A DNA stretch of 64,000 bases, from positions 2,217,195-2,281,194 of the forward strand of contig MU004182.1 of assembly GCA_010093605.1 (NCBI GenBank). The letters run 5' to 3'. The translations under genes and the position numbers were made by a program. Shown piece by piece: positions 38,101-51,981 of this stretch; positions within the stretch are counted from its first letter, which is position 1; each line of letters starts with the position of its first letter. Source of the DNA: Lophium mytilinum (lineage: Eukaryota). Under the pieces are notes generated by a model, which saw only the letters and a list, made by a program, of their open reading frames with translations, was not told where the DNA came from and did no database searches.

Positions 38101-40780
38101 TGTCTTTCTTACCTAGACTGCGAAGCGTGGAGCCCTTATCCGGGACAAGCGTCGATTCCCCTGATCGAGTCACCGGAGACTCCACCTGTGAGTCTGCATT
38201 CAATCTAGCATACGTAGCCTCATCGATCGCCCTGCGAGACGCGGGGAAAGTTCCCGCACCAAATGAGACTCCCAGTCCAGCTGAAGGAGGCATCGACGGT
38301 GGTGGGGTAACAAAAATTCGAAGCTCAGCATAGTTGTTTCCCCACTTATTGGTAGCTTTCAAGAGCTGTTTATCATTCAAAGGTGGCTCATTATCGTGCT
38401 CCTGTTTGGACTGTCCAGGAACGGTCAGGTGTAGACCAACGCCAGGTACATTAGCCAGACCAAGACCATCACAAATGATTTCTCGTAAAGAAGAGGCTGA
38501 CTCCGCACGGGTGATTTCAACAAGCCGGTAGTTCCAGCCATCGGGCGTTACAAAAGCAAACTTCCGTTGGTCTGTGCGTTTGCGTCCTTGGTTCTCTTCT
38601 GCGGCTGATCGCCTAGACGGAGGCCTTTCGTTGAGGGAAGCGTCGCTTGCGTTTAGGGATGATTTCGCGTAAGGTGCGCTTAACGGCAGATGGCGATATC
38701 CAACGGGGCTGGTTGGTGAATCTACACTTGACTCGTCGGGAGACGCATGTGTATCGTCCTTTTTCTTGTCCCTCCGCATGAACTTTGGTAAGAAGGTCTT
38801 GTGCTCTTTAGCACTCGAAGGTACTTCTCCGCTGTGGTGTCTTGCTGAATCCGGTCGAGGTGCGTCGACTCCGTTCCTACGAGGCTCGTTCCTGCTCTCG
38901 GTTCGACTCTCCATTCTTGTCTCCATACGGGTGTCGATTGATCTTCCAGAAGGTGGACCTGAGCCTATCGTTGAGCCGGCTGTTGCAATATTTGAGAGGT
39001 TCGACTCAGAGCTATTGGCTCTATGGTGACTGTAATACCGAGGAGCATTAGTGCTCAGTGACGTAGTTAAGCCATTTGAGTTCGTAGCCAAACGAGCGGA
39101 AGGAAGTCCAGGACTTTGTTGTGGACTGGGTCCCCTCATAGCTTCTCGGTAATTTCCAAACTCTCCAGAAGTATTTGGGCTATGCTTTCTGGAATTGTTG
39201 CCATCCAAATTACGCAGCACGTCTTTGGAGTACGCGCTCCGATTATGTACTTCGTTATAATCCGGAGGCTGCCCGAGGGTAGGAACCGGGACTGTGAAAT
39301 TCCGTTGCGTGGATATTCGCCTAGGAGCGACTGCAGGAGAGTTCATGCCATATGACAGTGGCATTTGTTTACCAGGACTGTCTTCGCCTCCCCCAGCAGT
39401 CGTAGGGGTGGACCCAAAGTCCATGCGGCCACCAAGATACGGCGAGTTCTCCAGAGTCCCTTCGGTTCCTGCACTTGCGAGGGTCATGGAACCACGTCGG
39501 GCAGGTAGTCGAGCATTGGCTGAGCTCCCAGTCTCCACAATAGCCCGAATGAGTCGTCGAAGCCTTCTTCCTTCGTCACGTTCTCGGCTCTGATCCCATC
39601 CAGTACCGCTCGCAGTGCATTGTTTTGCCAGTTCCGGAAATATGACCTTATGCATGACAGCAACATTTCCCTTGCTGCCATGACCTCTTCCGATCTCGAG
39701 GAAGTTTGCGCCATACATGTTGAGAGTCTTGAACGTATCTTGCCAATCTTTGGAAAATCCGTTACTGGAAAGCCAAATTTGCACACGGTCTGGGGGCCAT
39801 TGAATGCTCGCGTCACGGGGAGATATTGGCGTAGGCGCGACAGACTGCGGATGTTCGTAGATGCTGCCATGGGGTTGCGGGGGTTGCGGGTTCTGCAAAG
39901 TTGCGGTGGGAGGTCCAGGAATTTGGTACTCCTGGGCTTCTCGAGTAGGGATATTCAGATGTGTGCGCGTGCTCGGTGTCGGCGGAGGGCCATATCCTTG
40001 ATTTTGTCCATACTGAGTAGTCTCGGCGGGTGTAGGAAACCCCGTACTGGAGTGTTCTGTGGTTGCAGAATATGTGGCTGGGTCGTTGGGGTTGTAATAA
40101 GCAGGATCCTGATACCTCGATGGAGTGTGTAAAGGGGGAATGCCTACTCCAGGCCCAAATGACTCGCCAAAGGGAATATACGTCGCGGACGTCAGCGGCT
40201 GGTCCGGCGGAGGAGGTAACTGCTGGTAGGATTGATACGCATTTGGATTATACGCTACATGGCCAGTATTTGTCGGAGTTGGATATTGTTGTCGAGGAGC
40301 GCCCCAGCCGTAGTTTTGTGTTTGGGGAGGTGGAGGAGGTATAGGCATGCCATGTTGTATTTGTGACGGCCTCGGCGGAGGGGGAGGCAAGGGCATTCCA
40401 TACGCGGTCGGTGTGGAGTTTTGCTGAGGAGGAGGCGGGGGGATATTATGTGGATGCATCATTGATGAAGGCTCTTGGCGGTAGTTTTGTTGGCGCTGGA
40501 GATAATTGGAGTCTGCGTAGGTATGCGCGCGGGGCCGAGGGCTCGTAGACCCTTTCGGAGGGGCGTTCGAGTATGAAGGATAAGGCGACCCAGCGCTAGG
40601 CGGTATGAGTAGTGAAGATGACGAGTTGGCCAGGCCCGGAACGTCGTTGAGGACCAGGTCTGATGGTACTGCAAGCTGAGCACGGGCGGTAGAAAGAGGA
40701 GTCGGGGGACCACGTCGTTCAGTTCTGTCAGAGGCGTTTGATCGATTGGACGAAGAGCGCTGTCGCGACCCAATTGTCAT
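35197..40780 (-). CDS. bck1: MAP kinase kinase kinase of the cell-wall-integrity pathway
   Basis: Large exon 40780-35394 plus last exon ~35327-35197; GKGTFGRVY, HRDLKADN, DFGISK, MQGSVFWMAPE; FASDVWANRPP and LDEFFPNVNLD motifs. Confidence 0.95.
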
Positions 40781-42290
40781 GATTCAGAACACGGAGAGGG
40801 TCCCAGTGGTTGCGCCTCAGAGTGATGCGAGGGCGGTGATGCTCCTCGTCACTTCATAATGGAGCCTCCAGTGTATCCAAGAGGGTGATGTTTATCCCAC
40901 ACCCCTCTGAAGGTATATCCACGCCCGACGAGGCTATGTCCTGAAAGAAGGCGGAGTGAGGCGTGGGGGGACAGCGTTCCGGTGAAGATTTCGAGGCGCA
41001 CAGGCGATGCGGCGTTCGGGGGAGCAAGACGAGAAGCAAAGGATACTGGCGACGACGGCGAAATTCTAGCTGGTCTAAGGATAAATGCGCGACGACTTTT
41101 CTCGAGGTCTAGAAGCCAAGTCAGTGTGGGATGCTCATTTAACAGGCAGGTGGTGGTGGTAGAGGCGGCGGCTGAGAAGCGGAGGTGAGCGTACTCGGGA
41201 CGGGCGAGCTGACCCAGCACCAGAGGCACCGACGGGCCGAGTGCAGTAGAGTGGCTCTAGAGGTTCTCGCGGGGATAGAGATGGACGCAGAGCTGTAGAG
41301 CCTCCTTAACCTCCCGTTGGGGTCTTCGTGTGCTGTTCAACACCACGATAGCACTTCTCTACGCGGCCTACAGATCGTCGCATCCTTGGATGGACCGTGC
41401 TGCCAACAAATAAGCGCCCGACTTGCGAAGGAGGCCTGCAATTGGCCCACTCCCCGCCGACCAACACGTCTATCAAGCTCTATGCATTCCGATTGCCCTG
41501 CTCCTCCATCTTCTGCCGTCCATTCCGCATCTCTGTATTTCGGTGACTGTTCATCGCAAATCCATCAAAGAGCATTAAAACGTGGCGCAAGAGATGGAGT
41601 AGTACTTCGTACAAGCATCCTAGGCGCCTCTCGAGGTACAACCTCTCCACCTTTCTGCACGCGATTCGAGGGGGTTTTTTATGCTACATAATCATTTTGC
41701 ATCTCCTATATCGTCAATCTCTTATCACGATCTGCCTTTCTACGTAATTTCTAACGCTCGAAAACAGCCTCGCGAGGCGTCTGAATGTCGTGTCTGAACC
41801 TCAAACGACTGAGCCACTGCCGTGCCACATGGCGGTCAACCTTGCACAGAGCCTTGCCGAGTCATCACCTACCCTATTAGGTCCGGCTTGTCACTATGGC
41901 GTAAAGCTCTCAGCAAATCCCACTGGTTAGTTGGAAATTCGCCTGAATACGCTATTAGTCCAACTCAAAACATATCCCACCAAGGCCATTTCCACTTGAG
42001 ACCCTGGGTATACAGCATGTATAATAGAAGCAATCACTATTCAATGGGGTTTGTATGACTATCGTACGAAGAACCACGCATCGAGCTCCACTTGCTTTGT
42101 TGAATCAGACACGGGTAGTAGTCGTATTGTATCTACTAGAAAAGGCTTGCGTCTTATCTCAAAGTATATGACTCTCATCTATCAATCGCTATTCCTCGTA
42201 GCATTTGCAAGCGATTTTCGATCCTACCTCTAAGTACCTACACTACATCATATAACTTAACAAGCAGTCCCATACACCAACCAAACCCCA

Positions 42291-43929
42291 TCAAATAAAT
42301 CCCTCGTCGGCATCATCAACATCCCAAAACCCTCCTCCCAACAACCCATCAAACACATCCCCAATCCACACCACCCGCCTCGCAACCTCCAAAACTCCCT
42401 CGCAACCCCTCAACCCCCTCTCCCTCCCAACCTCCTTCAACCACACCCCAATCTCACCTATGTTCCCACCCCTTCTCCCCGCCATAACCAAACCCCACAC
42501 CTGCAACTCCCACAGCGCGCCCCACTCCTTCACCCCCCTCAGCCGCGCGACCAACTTCTCCGCCAGTGCTCCCGTCAGCACAGGCCCCGTCCCGAACTTC
42601 CGCCACACCGGCGCGATGTACAGTAAACACGCCAGCCGGGCGCACTCCTCGATCTGGCTAGACGGCGCTCCAGCATCGAGCGGGCGCCAGGAGAGGAGGC
42701 GGTGGGCGAGGGCGCCTGGCCAGCCGCCGGCGTCGGTGGCGGAGGCCCAGAAAGCTGGGCCCTGTGCAGCGGAGGCGGCGGAGGTGGAAGCGGAGAGGTC
42801 GATGAGGGCGGAGAAGATGGGGAGGAAAGGGGAAGAGGGGTTTAAGATTTGCTTGCAGATGGCTAGGATGGGGTGGGTGGAGCTGGGGGCGTTGGGGTGA
42901 GGAGGAGAGAGATAGTGGGACAGGGAGGGCCAGGTGGGCGGGAGGGGAAAGTGGGGAACGAGGTCCCAGGTGTAGGCGCCGCGGAGTTCGACCCTGAGGG
43001 GTGGTTAGCGGGTTGCTCGTGGGAAATAGGGGCGAGTAGTTCATGGGGTTGTTTACCATGATATTGTCGTCCGGAGGCTCTTGTTGCTACTTATAGCTTC
43101 TATACCGCCTCGGAATTCAAGCACGCTCTTCAACCCCTCGCGGTGTTTGAGCCAGCTGTCTAGCTGGCCGACCGCCGCCTATCATGAAATTTTAGTTTCC
43201 CATCAATGGGCCTCGAAACTTCGCAACAAATTGAATTGGTCATAGGAAGTAACGTACATCATGGCACAAAAACCCCGCCACCGCGCCCACTGCCTCATCA
43301 CTCCCCCGAAACTTCTCATCAGCCAACTCGCTACTCAACCCCCTGATAGCGTGCCCAAGATGCTTCAAGCTCCTCTCGCTATCGCCCACCTCCATCCCCG
43401 TCTCACCCCCTCCGCTCTTAACCCGCAGATACGCAAGACTCATCGCCGAATTCGACAGCACGAGCTGGAACGCCACCGAGCTCGACAGGCCGACCGGAAA
43501 CCAGTCGTCCCGCAGCGCGCGCAGGCATCCCAAGGCGTCGTCGCGGAAGATGTGGGCGACTAGTTCGCGGACGGAGGGCGTGAGGGGGACGGGGTAGGGA
43601 AGGAAAGGGTCGATTTCGCCTTGGCCGAGGCCTAGAGGTTGGTATGGAGAGACAGAGACGGATAGAGAAATAGAGGAAGCATGACAGTGCGTTTGAGTAG
43701 TTTGAGCGTGCATGACGGAATGGAGATGAGTAAGATCGAGGGGAATGTCAGTTGCGCCGCGTTTCTTGCGCGGTTTTCGGCGCGAGAGGCCGATGTCACG
43801 CATAGCATGTTGGTGGATTGCGCGGCGGGTTGAGGGGGCTTGGGTGTCTTCTGGAGTGGAAATGTTGATGAATGAAAGGGATGCGTTGGTGCTGTTCTTG
43901 CTCTTTGGCTGAGGGTGAGGATCTGACAT
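42291..43929 (-). CDS. Fungal transcription-factor-like protein (no zinc cluster seen)
   Basis: SFINIS..RRAIHQHAMR, GEIDPF..YPV, HREGLKSVLEFRGG, ECARLACLLY; 3 exons with canonical splice sites. Confidence 0.65.
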
Positions 43930-44583
43930 GGTTGGTAATGGGATGGAGGCGAGGACTATGATTCTTCATACTTTCTGATACTTCTGCTTATAAAAGAAGG
44001 GCGTTGATCTAAGAGCAAATGGATCTGTGTTCATGTTGGTGGTCTTGATGATAAATCGTCAGCCCTGTCGTCAAGGAGATCGTGGGTTAGTCATCAGCGT
44101 AGCTCCTTTTAGCTACGTCCTATCACGTGATTATACCACATAGCCAATGTAGCGCGACGATAGAAAGCCTGATAGACTCTATGGCTTGGAGAGCGGTAGT
44201 TCGGACGTCACCCCAGTATCCAGCTTTTTCTTCTAGGGAATTGGCTTACCTTTATCGATTATGTCGCATCCAGTTGAGAACTCACGTGTAAAGACAGCTA
44301 ATGCACGACGACCCTTGACCAAATACCATATTGGGCCTAGCTGGCTTCGGCTGCCTCGACTTCACCCTGACTTCAATGCACCGGTTGAGGGCTCCTTACG
44401 AAATGACCAATAGATCTGAGGAGTCTGTTTATCAAAGGACGCTCGAAGAACTTAAAAGGAGGAGACTTTCCAGTGTAAGAAAGGTTCTCAGATTCATATC
44501 CATTCGCACTTTTACGTGGATTGCTTCAAGGTACAGTTTCGTGCTTCATGGGAGAAAGAAGACCAATGCCACTACGCACCAAT

Positions 44584-45337
44584 CTAGAACTTCGTATACC
44601 CCTTCCCTGCCACAAAGGTCGCATCCCACGGCACACTAACCTCCTCGGTCGCAAGCTGGAAGTAAAAATCCGCATGCGCCGGTCCGTCAATCCCCACGCC
44701 TTTAGAAGCACCCTCTGGCGTACGCTCATCCGCATAATAGAACCTGTACTCATTAGCAGACGTCCCCTACCTCATTTTAGCAGAACAGAGCAAGAAAGAC
44801 TCACTTGATCCCCTTATCCTTATACAATTCACTCGCCGTCCCAATCCAATACGCTGACCCCGCCTTCCCCACTCCCAACGTCAGCACATACGGCGTCGAC
44901 ATAATCAACGTATTGAGTATGTTCCCCGTGTAAATGAATGCCTTCCTCCCCTGCTCAGTGCCCAGACTCTCAAACCCCGCCACCGCTTCCTTCGCCGCGG
45001 CGTACGCGCTGATGGTCATGAGCTTGACGTCTTTGTCGAGCGTCTCGGTCTCAATCGAAAACATGTTCTGGGGATCCGGCGGCGCCGACACGTTGGCGGC
45101 GTTGTAGATGACGATGTTGGGGGTGCCGAACTCCTTCTTGACTTTTGAGAAGGCGGTGGGGATGGCAGTGGGGTCGGTGAGATCGATTTTGATGTTGAGG
45201 TGGCCGGCAGAGCTGAGACCGTCGCTGAGACTACGCGCGGCGAGGGCAATGCGGTAGCCGGCGGCGCTAAATTTGGTGGTGAGGGCTGCGCCGATGTTGG
45301 CGCCGGCGCCGAGGACGAGGAGGATGGGTTTGGTCAT
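44584..45337 (-). CDS. Atypical short-chain dehydrogenase
   Basis: VLGAGANIG, IVIYNAA, FIYTGN, LGVGK; second exon FYYADERT..GPAHADFY ends at TAG 44584. Confidence 0.85.
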
Positions 45338-46356
45338 TTTTGGGGGTTGAGCGGAGAGGTTGGAGGCGATAGAGCTGAGAGAGTGATATAGTAAGAAGAT
45401 ATGGTATTTGAGAGCCCTCTGAGATTGAGAGTAAGGGGTTGAGAATGGACGGGATGGCTTGATAGAAGTTCTAGGTTCGGGCAGCTACGCTTTTATAGAC
45501 TTTCGCACGCTGCTGTCGTAATATTACTCAGTCCGAAAGGCCGACGCAGCGAGAGAATGGTAAGCTCCTTGGATGATTACGAAGCCCTAGCTGTATGACG
45601 GCACTTTGAAATACGCGCGATATGCCCAGAGAACCACAGTGCGTGGGGGGTCGACCATACTTTTGGAGGCGGGAATATCTGCGCTCCGCAATTCCATTGG
45701 ATGCTGATATGGGAATTTGTGCTAGCTTCTTTACTTATGTAAGTAGACTACTGTTGAATATGCTGACGCAGCGGCTCGCATCTCATATAAGTAAATATAG
45801 AAGGAAACGAGGACGAGGGGGTATGTCACCATGCGCTAAATGCTGCTCGCATGACGTATTGGGCTTTCAATTCAGATCCAGGTATCAAAGTTAAGGGTAG
45901 TATGGCTACTGCAGTGTATAAAGTATGAACTAAATCTCCGCTTTACGAGATATTTGAGGTTGAGAAGGTACTGATGAAAGCGCGAAGTTTGAATTAAAGT
46001 TGTGAGCGTCACCTATGTTGGGGCCAAGGCAGGCCCTTTACTCACACCTTTATCTTCGACGCATCACTCTTCTCTAGCTCGTTAGCTAGTTCCAGTGTAA
46101 TATAGGACCCCGCCGTGGTACTTCTTCGGACCTTCGATGAATGATACGCTTGGAAGAACGTTCGTTAGTGTATATGTATCTCTTGACGACTCTCACCATA
46201 TCTTAGCAGGCCAGACATATAAAATGTACGAAACGTAAGACTTGTATTGTCCGTAAGGGGCTGCAGAGGAACGGACCCACGCAATCATTCAACTGCGACT
46301 AGAATGACGTCCAATCGGCTTCCGAGCTGCCCAAGAGCGATGACCAAGTGATAGAA

Positions 46357-47786
46357 TCACAACATGCTGCTCTTCACTTCACTATGACCCTTCTCTTCCT
46401 TCATCTTTCCTTTCTTCTCCTTGGCCTCGGCCTCTATGGCCCCGAGCTCTTTCTCCTCGCTAGGAAATAGACCACCTGGGAAGAAAGTCCCGACCAAGGC
46501 ACGGCCAACTGTAGGGAACGCTCTCTCACTTTCGATGATTGCCGCAACGACTTTCGGACTTCCAATCACTGTCGTATATTTGAGCGGGAGGCCGAGGGCT
46601 TCGGGTTTCCTGCTCCAGCCGGCGACAAACATGTTCTGCAGCATCCCTATTCCTCCAACCGCGATGAGAAACCAAGACTGATCCGTAAGGGCCGAGCTTG
46701 TGATGAGCAAGATCACCCACAGCACACCCAGGATGACCATGCCGAATCGAGTAGTTTTTGAGATGGCCGGAGAATCGAGGTTGTCGAAGCCAGTACACAG
46801 GTCTTCTAGGTTCAAGCCACATCCGTCGCATTCGACGACGATAACATGCTGTGCGCCATTTCCTCTCGTCATGATGTACGTCCTCTTCTTTCCGGGCTCG
46901 ATCTGCCGACAGGCCCATTTCTCTCTGCGCCACTGCCGCTGGCAGCCCGTCAGAAGACATAAGATGATGGCTGAAACCGTCACAAGAAACACGCCCCAGT
47001 TGCCATAGATACCCAGCGGTATCGCGGAAACGCCTATTTGTATAATCGCAACGACGATGCCGGACCAGAACAAAAGGTCCCTTCCTGGCTTTTGAAACTG
47101 GTGCTTCTTGTCCGGATCGAACTTCCAGAAGCTCACAACCAGACCAGCATGTGCGGGGAATTCGACGTGGCTAGGATCCAGCCCTTTCGACGCGGCTTGG
47201 TCTTTGTCATACTGCCACTTGCCATTCTTGAGTTCCTTGACTTTCTCCCTTACTGGATTGCCCATCCAGTATTCGAAATCGCGCATTGCGCGACCGAGGA
47301 CCCAGGAGCCATTTCCACGTGACTGGCCGTTGGCTGCGTTGATGACTGTACAGGGCGTGTCGGCACCTGGCATCAACTTGTTTTCTCCAATTGCAGAGTT
47401 GATAGCGGAGGTGGCATAAGATACCCAACCTGCAATGCTTGTTAGTAAAGGGGGCTGGTGATATTGGAGAATGGCAATCAGCAAGGTACCCCTCTCCATC
47501 AGGGTGCGATTCGTCGCAAAGAGCATCAATGCTGTAGACAACAGAAATTTCGCATCATGAAAGTTGCACATATGCGAAAGAATAACGTACCAAATGAGAA
47601 GGCCACCGGCGTAATGCGTCCTCCAGCCAACTGAGCGAGAGCTCGTGAAACCACATCGCCGCCGAGAAGGAGGAGGACCGTGAACGCATAATTACTTGGG
47701 CTCGCCCACTGGGCCTTGAACGCAGCAGACGGTGAATTCAGGTCAAAATCTCGAGGCTGAAGAAGGTGCTTGTAGAACGGCGCCAT
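46357..47786 (-). CDS. Multi-pass membrane protein of unknown function, divergent from the HET gene
   Basis: Exons 47786-47591 and 47429-46357; VLLLLGGDVVSRALAQL, PVAFSFGWVSY, QWRREKWACR, TRGNGAQH; four clear C-terminal hydrophobic segments. Confidence 0.85.
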
Positions 47787-48772
47787 GGTATACTCAGAGT
47801 CTGTATGAGAGAAGTTGGGTGGTGAGAGTGTAATGAGTTTGCGACCACCCCGTGCCTCTATGCATTGTGATTTTCGTGTGTGAACAATCAAAGACCACTG
47901 CCAGACCGTTACACCCTCGCAAAGGACTCCTCTGTGACTTACCGGGGTTCAGCTATTCTACGCAAGCCACTTTCCGACTGATTGGTAACAGCTACAGCTA
48001 CCCTTGCACTACGCATGAGCACTGAACGCCTAAAAACCACCGCTCCTCCAACTTGCAGCTAAGCTCCCGACTTTTCCTCAGGGAGTATGAGAAAAGCATA
48101 TATAAACGCCTACAAGGCCGCCGATTTGGCCTTATAATTGAACGGTCGGGCTGTCAAGTAAACCTCCTAGCTCAACGGTCGACTAACTCTGAAGCTGCGA
48201 AAGTTCGCACGTTGCAATGAGCGTGATTGGGCCATATTAGACGAGGTGGAGCAACGTCGCCTATCCCCGTCTTTAACAGCACCCTGACAGCGACGATCAA
48301 TGGTTCAGCTGGCATCTATTCTGCCCCATGAATCGACAACCAATACTCTTGTGCCACATCGTGGTTTTGCAGCCGTATTCAGAGTGTTCGTGCACACTCG
48401 CCTCCCTTTTGGGAGCATGTTGCATTTCGGACATCTGCTGACTGCCGCAAAGGCTGGCTGGGCACGGCAGGTCCGGGCGAAGATACCGGCCTCTCAGCCT
48501 GGACTTTAATCTTTGGGCGAGCAGCTACACCCGTGCTGCAACCCGCGCGCTGGCGGACGTGCTGCACATAAAATATTCTAGGGGGGACCGTCGGAGTCGA
48601 ATCTGTGAGCATCCTGGTATGGGTTGCGTTGCATAGCTCCTCGAATCGACATAATCATAAACCCTCCCCGCCCTACGCAGTTACGACTTTCCACAGATCA
48701 TCCTTGAATGCTTGATATTCTGCCTCCACTATCAATCTCGAGCAGACTTTCCGACGAAGCCGGCTACAGAAC

Positions 48773-51548
48773 ATGGATCATCTCGTTCTTCCAGAGGGAG
48801 CAAAGCCATGGATGATGTTGGCCTACGACTGTCCAGAGACTGAACATTACGAAAACATACCTGATAAGGGCTTCGCATACTCCGAGTTCTACAAGAGAGT
48901 TGGTTGGGGCTACGATGAAGTATGGGCCCAGCCTCAGCAAAGCGAGGACCTCCTCGGAGGAGTGGTAGAAGGCGCAGAGGATAAGATTCGCGAGCCCTGG
49001 GAACTCGACAAATTCTTCCAAACATGGCTTTTCTTCGGCCTCATCATCGAGGTGTTCGCTCTTAGCGGTATCGAAGTAAAGACTAGTGATTTCCTGGCTC
49101 CTATTGTGCGAAAAGCTGTCCATAAGCCTCAGACGGCGCACCTAATCACGACCAGCAAGCTGCCGGACTTGATCAAGCAATGGAGGGAGAAGCATCAAGC
49201 CTCAAGAGACGAAACGGTTTTTGAAGCGGCTCTGAAGCTTCTTGACCATGTGGGAAAGATCGTGGACTACCATTGTGCGGGCGGTAAAGACCATCGGTCC
49301 ATCCACCAGTATGGAAAAGTCCTGTGGTCGGTCTCGGACGAAACAACAACGGCCATTATCGCGGTTGCTTTCACGCTCCGCAAGGCTGCATATGCCATCT
49401 ACAATAAGCCAGGTAACGGAGACCGATGGCCGGTTGCCAACTCCATGCTCTTGTATCAGCGCATCCAACGGAAGTGGTGCAAGTCCGATGCAGCGATGAT
49501 AATGGAAGACTTTGACATTGATGGCCAAAATTACATCGCTGCGGCGCAGGGCCGTACACTCGAAGAACTTGACCGCCATTACGCCTGCACTGATCGCTCG
49601 TGCGAAGCAAGAGTGGCTGACGGTACTTACGAGACTCAACACGACCCGGAATGCCATGAGGATGATTACGAACCCGAGCCAAGATTTCTGGGGCATGTGT
49701 TTCCTGAATACGGCAAAAGACCTGCATCCCTTCGAGAAGCAATTAAACATACCATGGATGCGGGCCACCTGCCCGTTTTGAGATACGATGCCGAGCAGAA
49801 GGGCCTTCGAACCTACGGACACCTAAAGGATTCATATTCGGAGGAGAGCTCCAAAGTCCCTCCCTTTGTTGCAATTTCCCACGTGTAAGTCCACAAGACC
49901 CTATTTAGGGACTCGCCGGCTTACTCTCGATAGATGGGCGGATGGAAAGGGAAACCCTTTCGACAACTCTCTTCCTTACTGTCAATTAGAAATGATTCAG
50001 AAGCTGGTTGACAAACTTTGCGCTGAAAGTTTGCCGGCAACAAAGCAACACTCTAGCCCAGGTTTCTGGATGGATACCCTTTGCTGTATTGTTGGCACCG
50101 ATGACGAAAGCAAATCCTACAAGAAGAAGAGCATCCAGTCAATGCGAGAGATTTACGGCGAAAGCGTAGCAGTATTGATCATAGATCCATGGCTGATGTC
50201 GATCCCATCGACAGCTTCAGTCAACGAGATATGCTACCGAATATACGCGTCGGGATGGTCTCGCCGTCTCTGGACCCACCAAGAAGGTTTCCTTGCCCGC
50301 GAAGTTTACTACCAGCTCCAGGACAAGCCACTGAAGCTGCCCGATGTTGATGAGCTGGCCAAAGAATTCCAGAAGAAGATGGCCTATCAAGGTTATCCAA
50401 TCGGATTTCCACTCCAGGCCTCGGGGAAAACTAGCTTCTACTATACCACCGTGAAGACGATTGTGAACGGCATCCAAGAAGGGCGCATTCCTCAAGACAA
50501 CAAGTGGATCTTGTACGGACATTTGGCTGATTCGCTGGGATACCGCTCGACCACGAATATCGACGATGAACTCCTCTGTGTAGCATCTGTCATTGGGTTA
50601 ACTGTCAAGACCTATGCCAAACTAGAGGTTGAGAAGAGCCGAAAGCAAACAGCAGAGCTGCGAATGAGAGCATTCCTGGAAGAGATCGGCCGTTTCCGCC
50701 AGGGCATCATCTTCAACAATTACAAGCGGCTTACGATTCCCGGGTTCCGCTGGGCGCCAGTGTCCTTGCTGGGCCACCGATCTTCAGGGCTAGGAGACCT
50801 CGACGATACAAAAGACTCCAAGATCGAGGACTACAGCCATTTAGCCCTCAACGATATACATGTCGAGGTTAGCGCTCTGAACATGAAAGTGAACCTCAAC
50901 AAGTACATACCTCGCAAACTGGGCATAGATCGCCGCCTCATGTCCATGGTCTTTAATGATAAGACAATTCTTCTTCCGACAGTCGGCCTGCCGGTCGACT
51001 ATCCAGGTTATATCATCAGGTTTTCTTCGAAGACGCATGGCCTGACTATTAATATGGCTGAGCGAAGATTCGGTCTCACCTACTCTCCCCTCCCGACTGC
51101 CGCCTTCTTCAAAGCTCCGGCAATGCCAACAATGCCGAAAGTTCCTTCATTTGGCAAGGTCCCCACTCTTGGGAAAAGCAAGCTGGGTTCTTTTGGAAAG
51201 GCCGCCCCTGCTCAAGTTGTCGAAGAAGTTCAGAAATCTCCAGTCCTCGAACAAGTCGCCGAGGTCGTATCGTACAAATATGTAGTATTTGTCGCTGAGA
51301 ACGATGTTGAGTGGGCGTATGACAGAGAGTACGTCTTGATCGTGCAGAGGCCGTTAGGCGAGACCAGCTCACAGGAGTTCCTGGCCATGGTAGGGCGCAA
51401 ATCAGTCGGACCTGGTAAACGGTACTGGGTCCAATCTTTGTGCTCGGCGATAGTCCGTGCCAAGAGACCAACTGATGACCGCAAAGTTGATGCGGGGATT
51501 GATTTCCTTGATGTTTCGCAGGCGAGTACGAACTGGGTGGTCACCTAA
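48773..51548 (+). CDS. HET-domain (heterokaryon incompatibility) protein
   Basis: Exons 48773-49884 and 49934-51548; HET motifs FVAISHVWADG.GN, FWMDTLC, MREIY, WSRRLWTHQEG; N-terminal FFQTWLFFGL. Confidence 0.92.
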
Positions 51549-51981
51549 GTTCAATTTTTCGAGGGGATAGGAAATTTCTAAGGGATAACTCACTTGACGA
51601 ACAATTGGCAAGCATTCTCTACGTCTATGATGAATTTCGAAACTGTTCTAATGTCGACTGTGTCACTATAAGCCTAATTATAGCCCCCCTTTGGTCGCTT
51701 GGTTTTTCCCGTGGTCTTTGAGATGGTTCCGAGGGTGAGGTGATGGTAAATGAGAAGCTAGGGGATGAAGCTTTCAGCGGGAATGAACCTAGATTGGAGG
51801 CGACTCTTGAAGTGTTAAATGAACGGTGAGGAAAAGGCATCGCGCGCTCCAGCAAAGTGGATGTAACCCATTGTAATAGACTTACTTTGATAAGACAGGT
51901 TTCTTACAAGGTTCAGAAGGGTTTTCGTGCGGCGCAGCACTAGGTCCGCTCCTTGAACGCTCAGCCTCCTTTGGCTCAAAA

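Noticed and set aside
35476..40773. Many antisense and alternative-frame ORFs within bck1 and other genes
   Set aside because: Shadow ORFs expected from GC-rich codon usage
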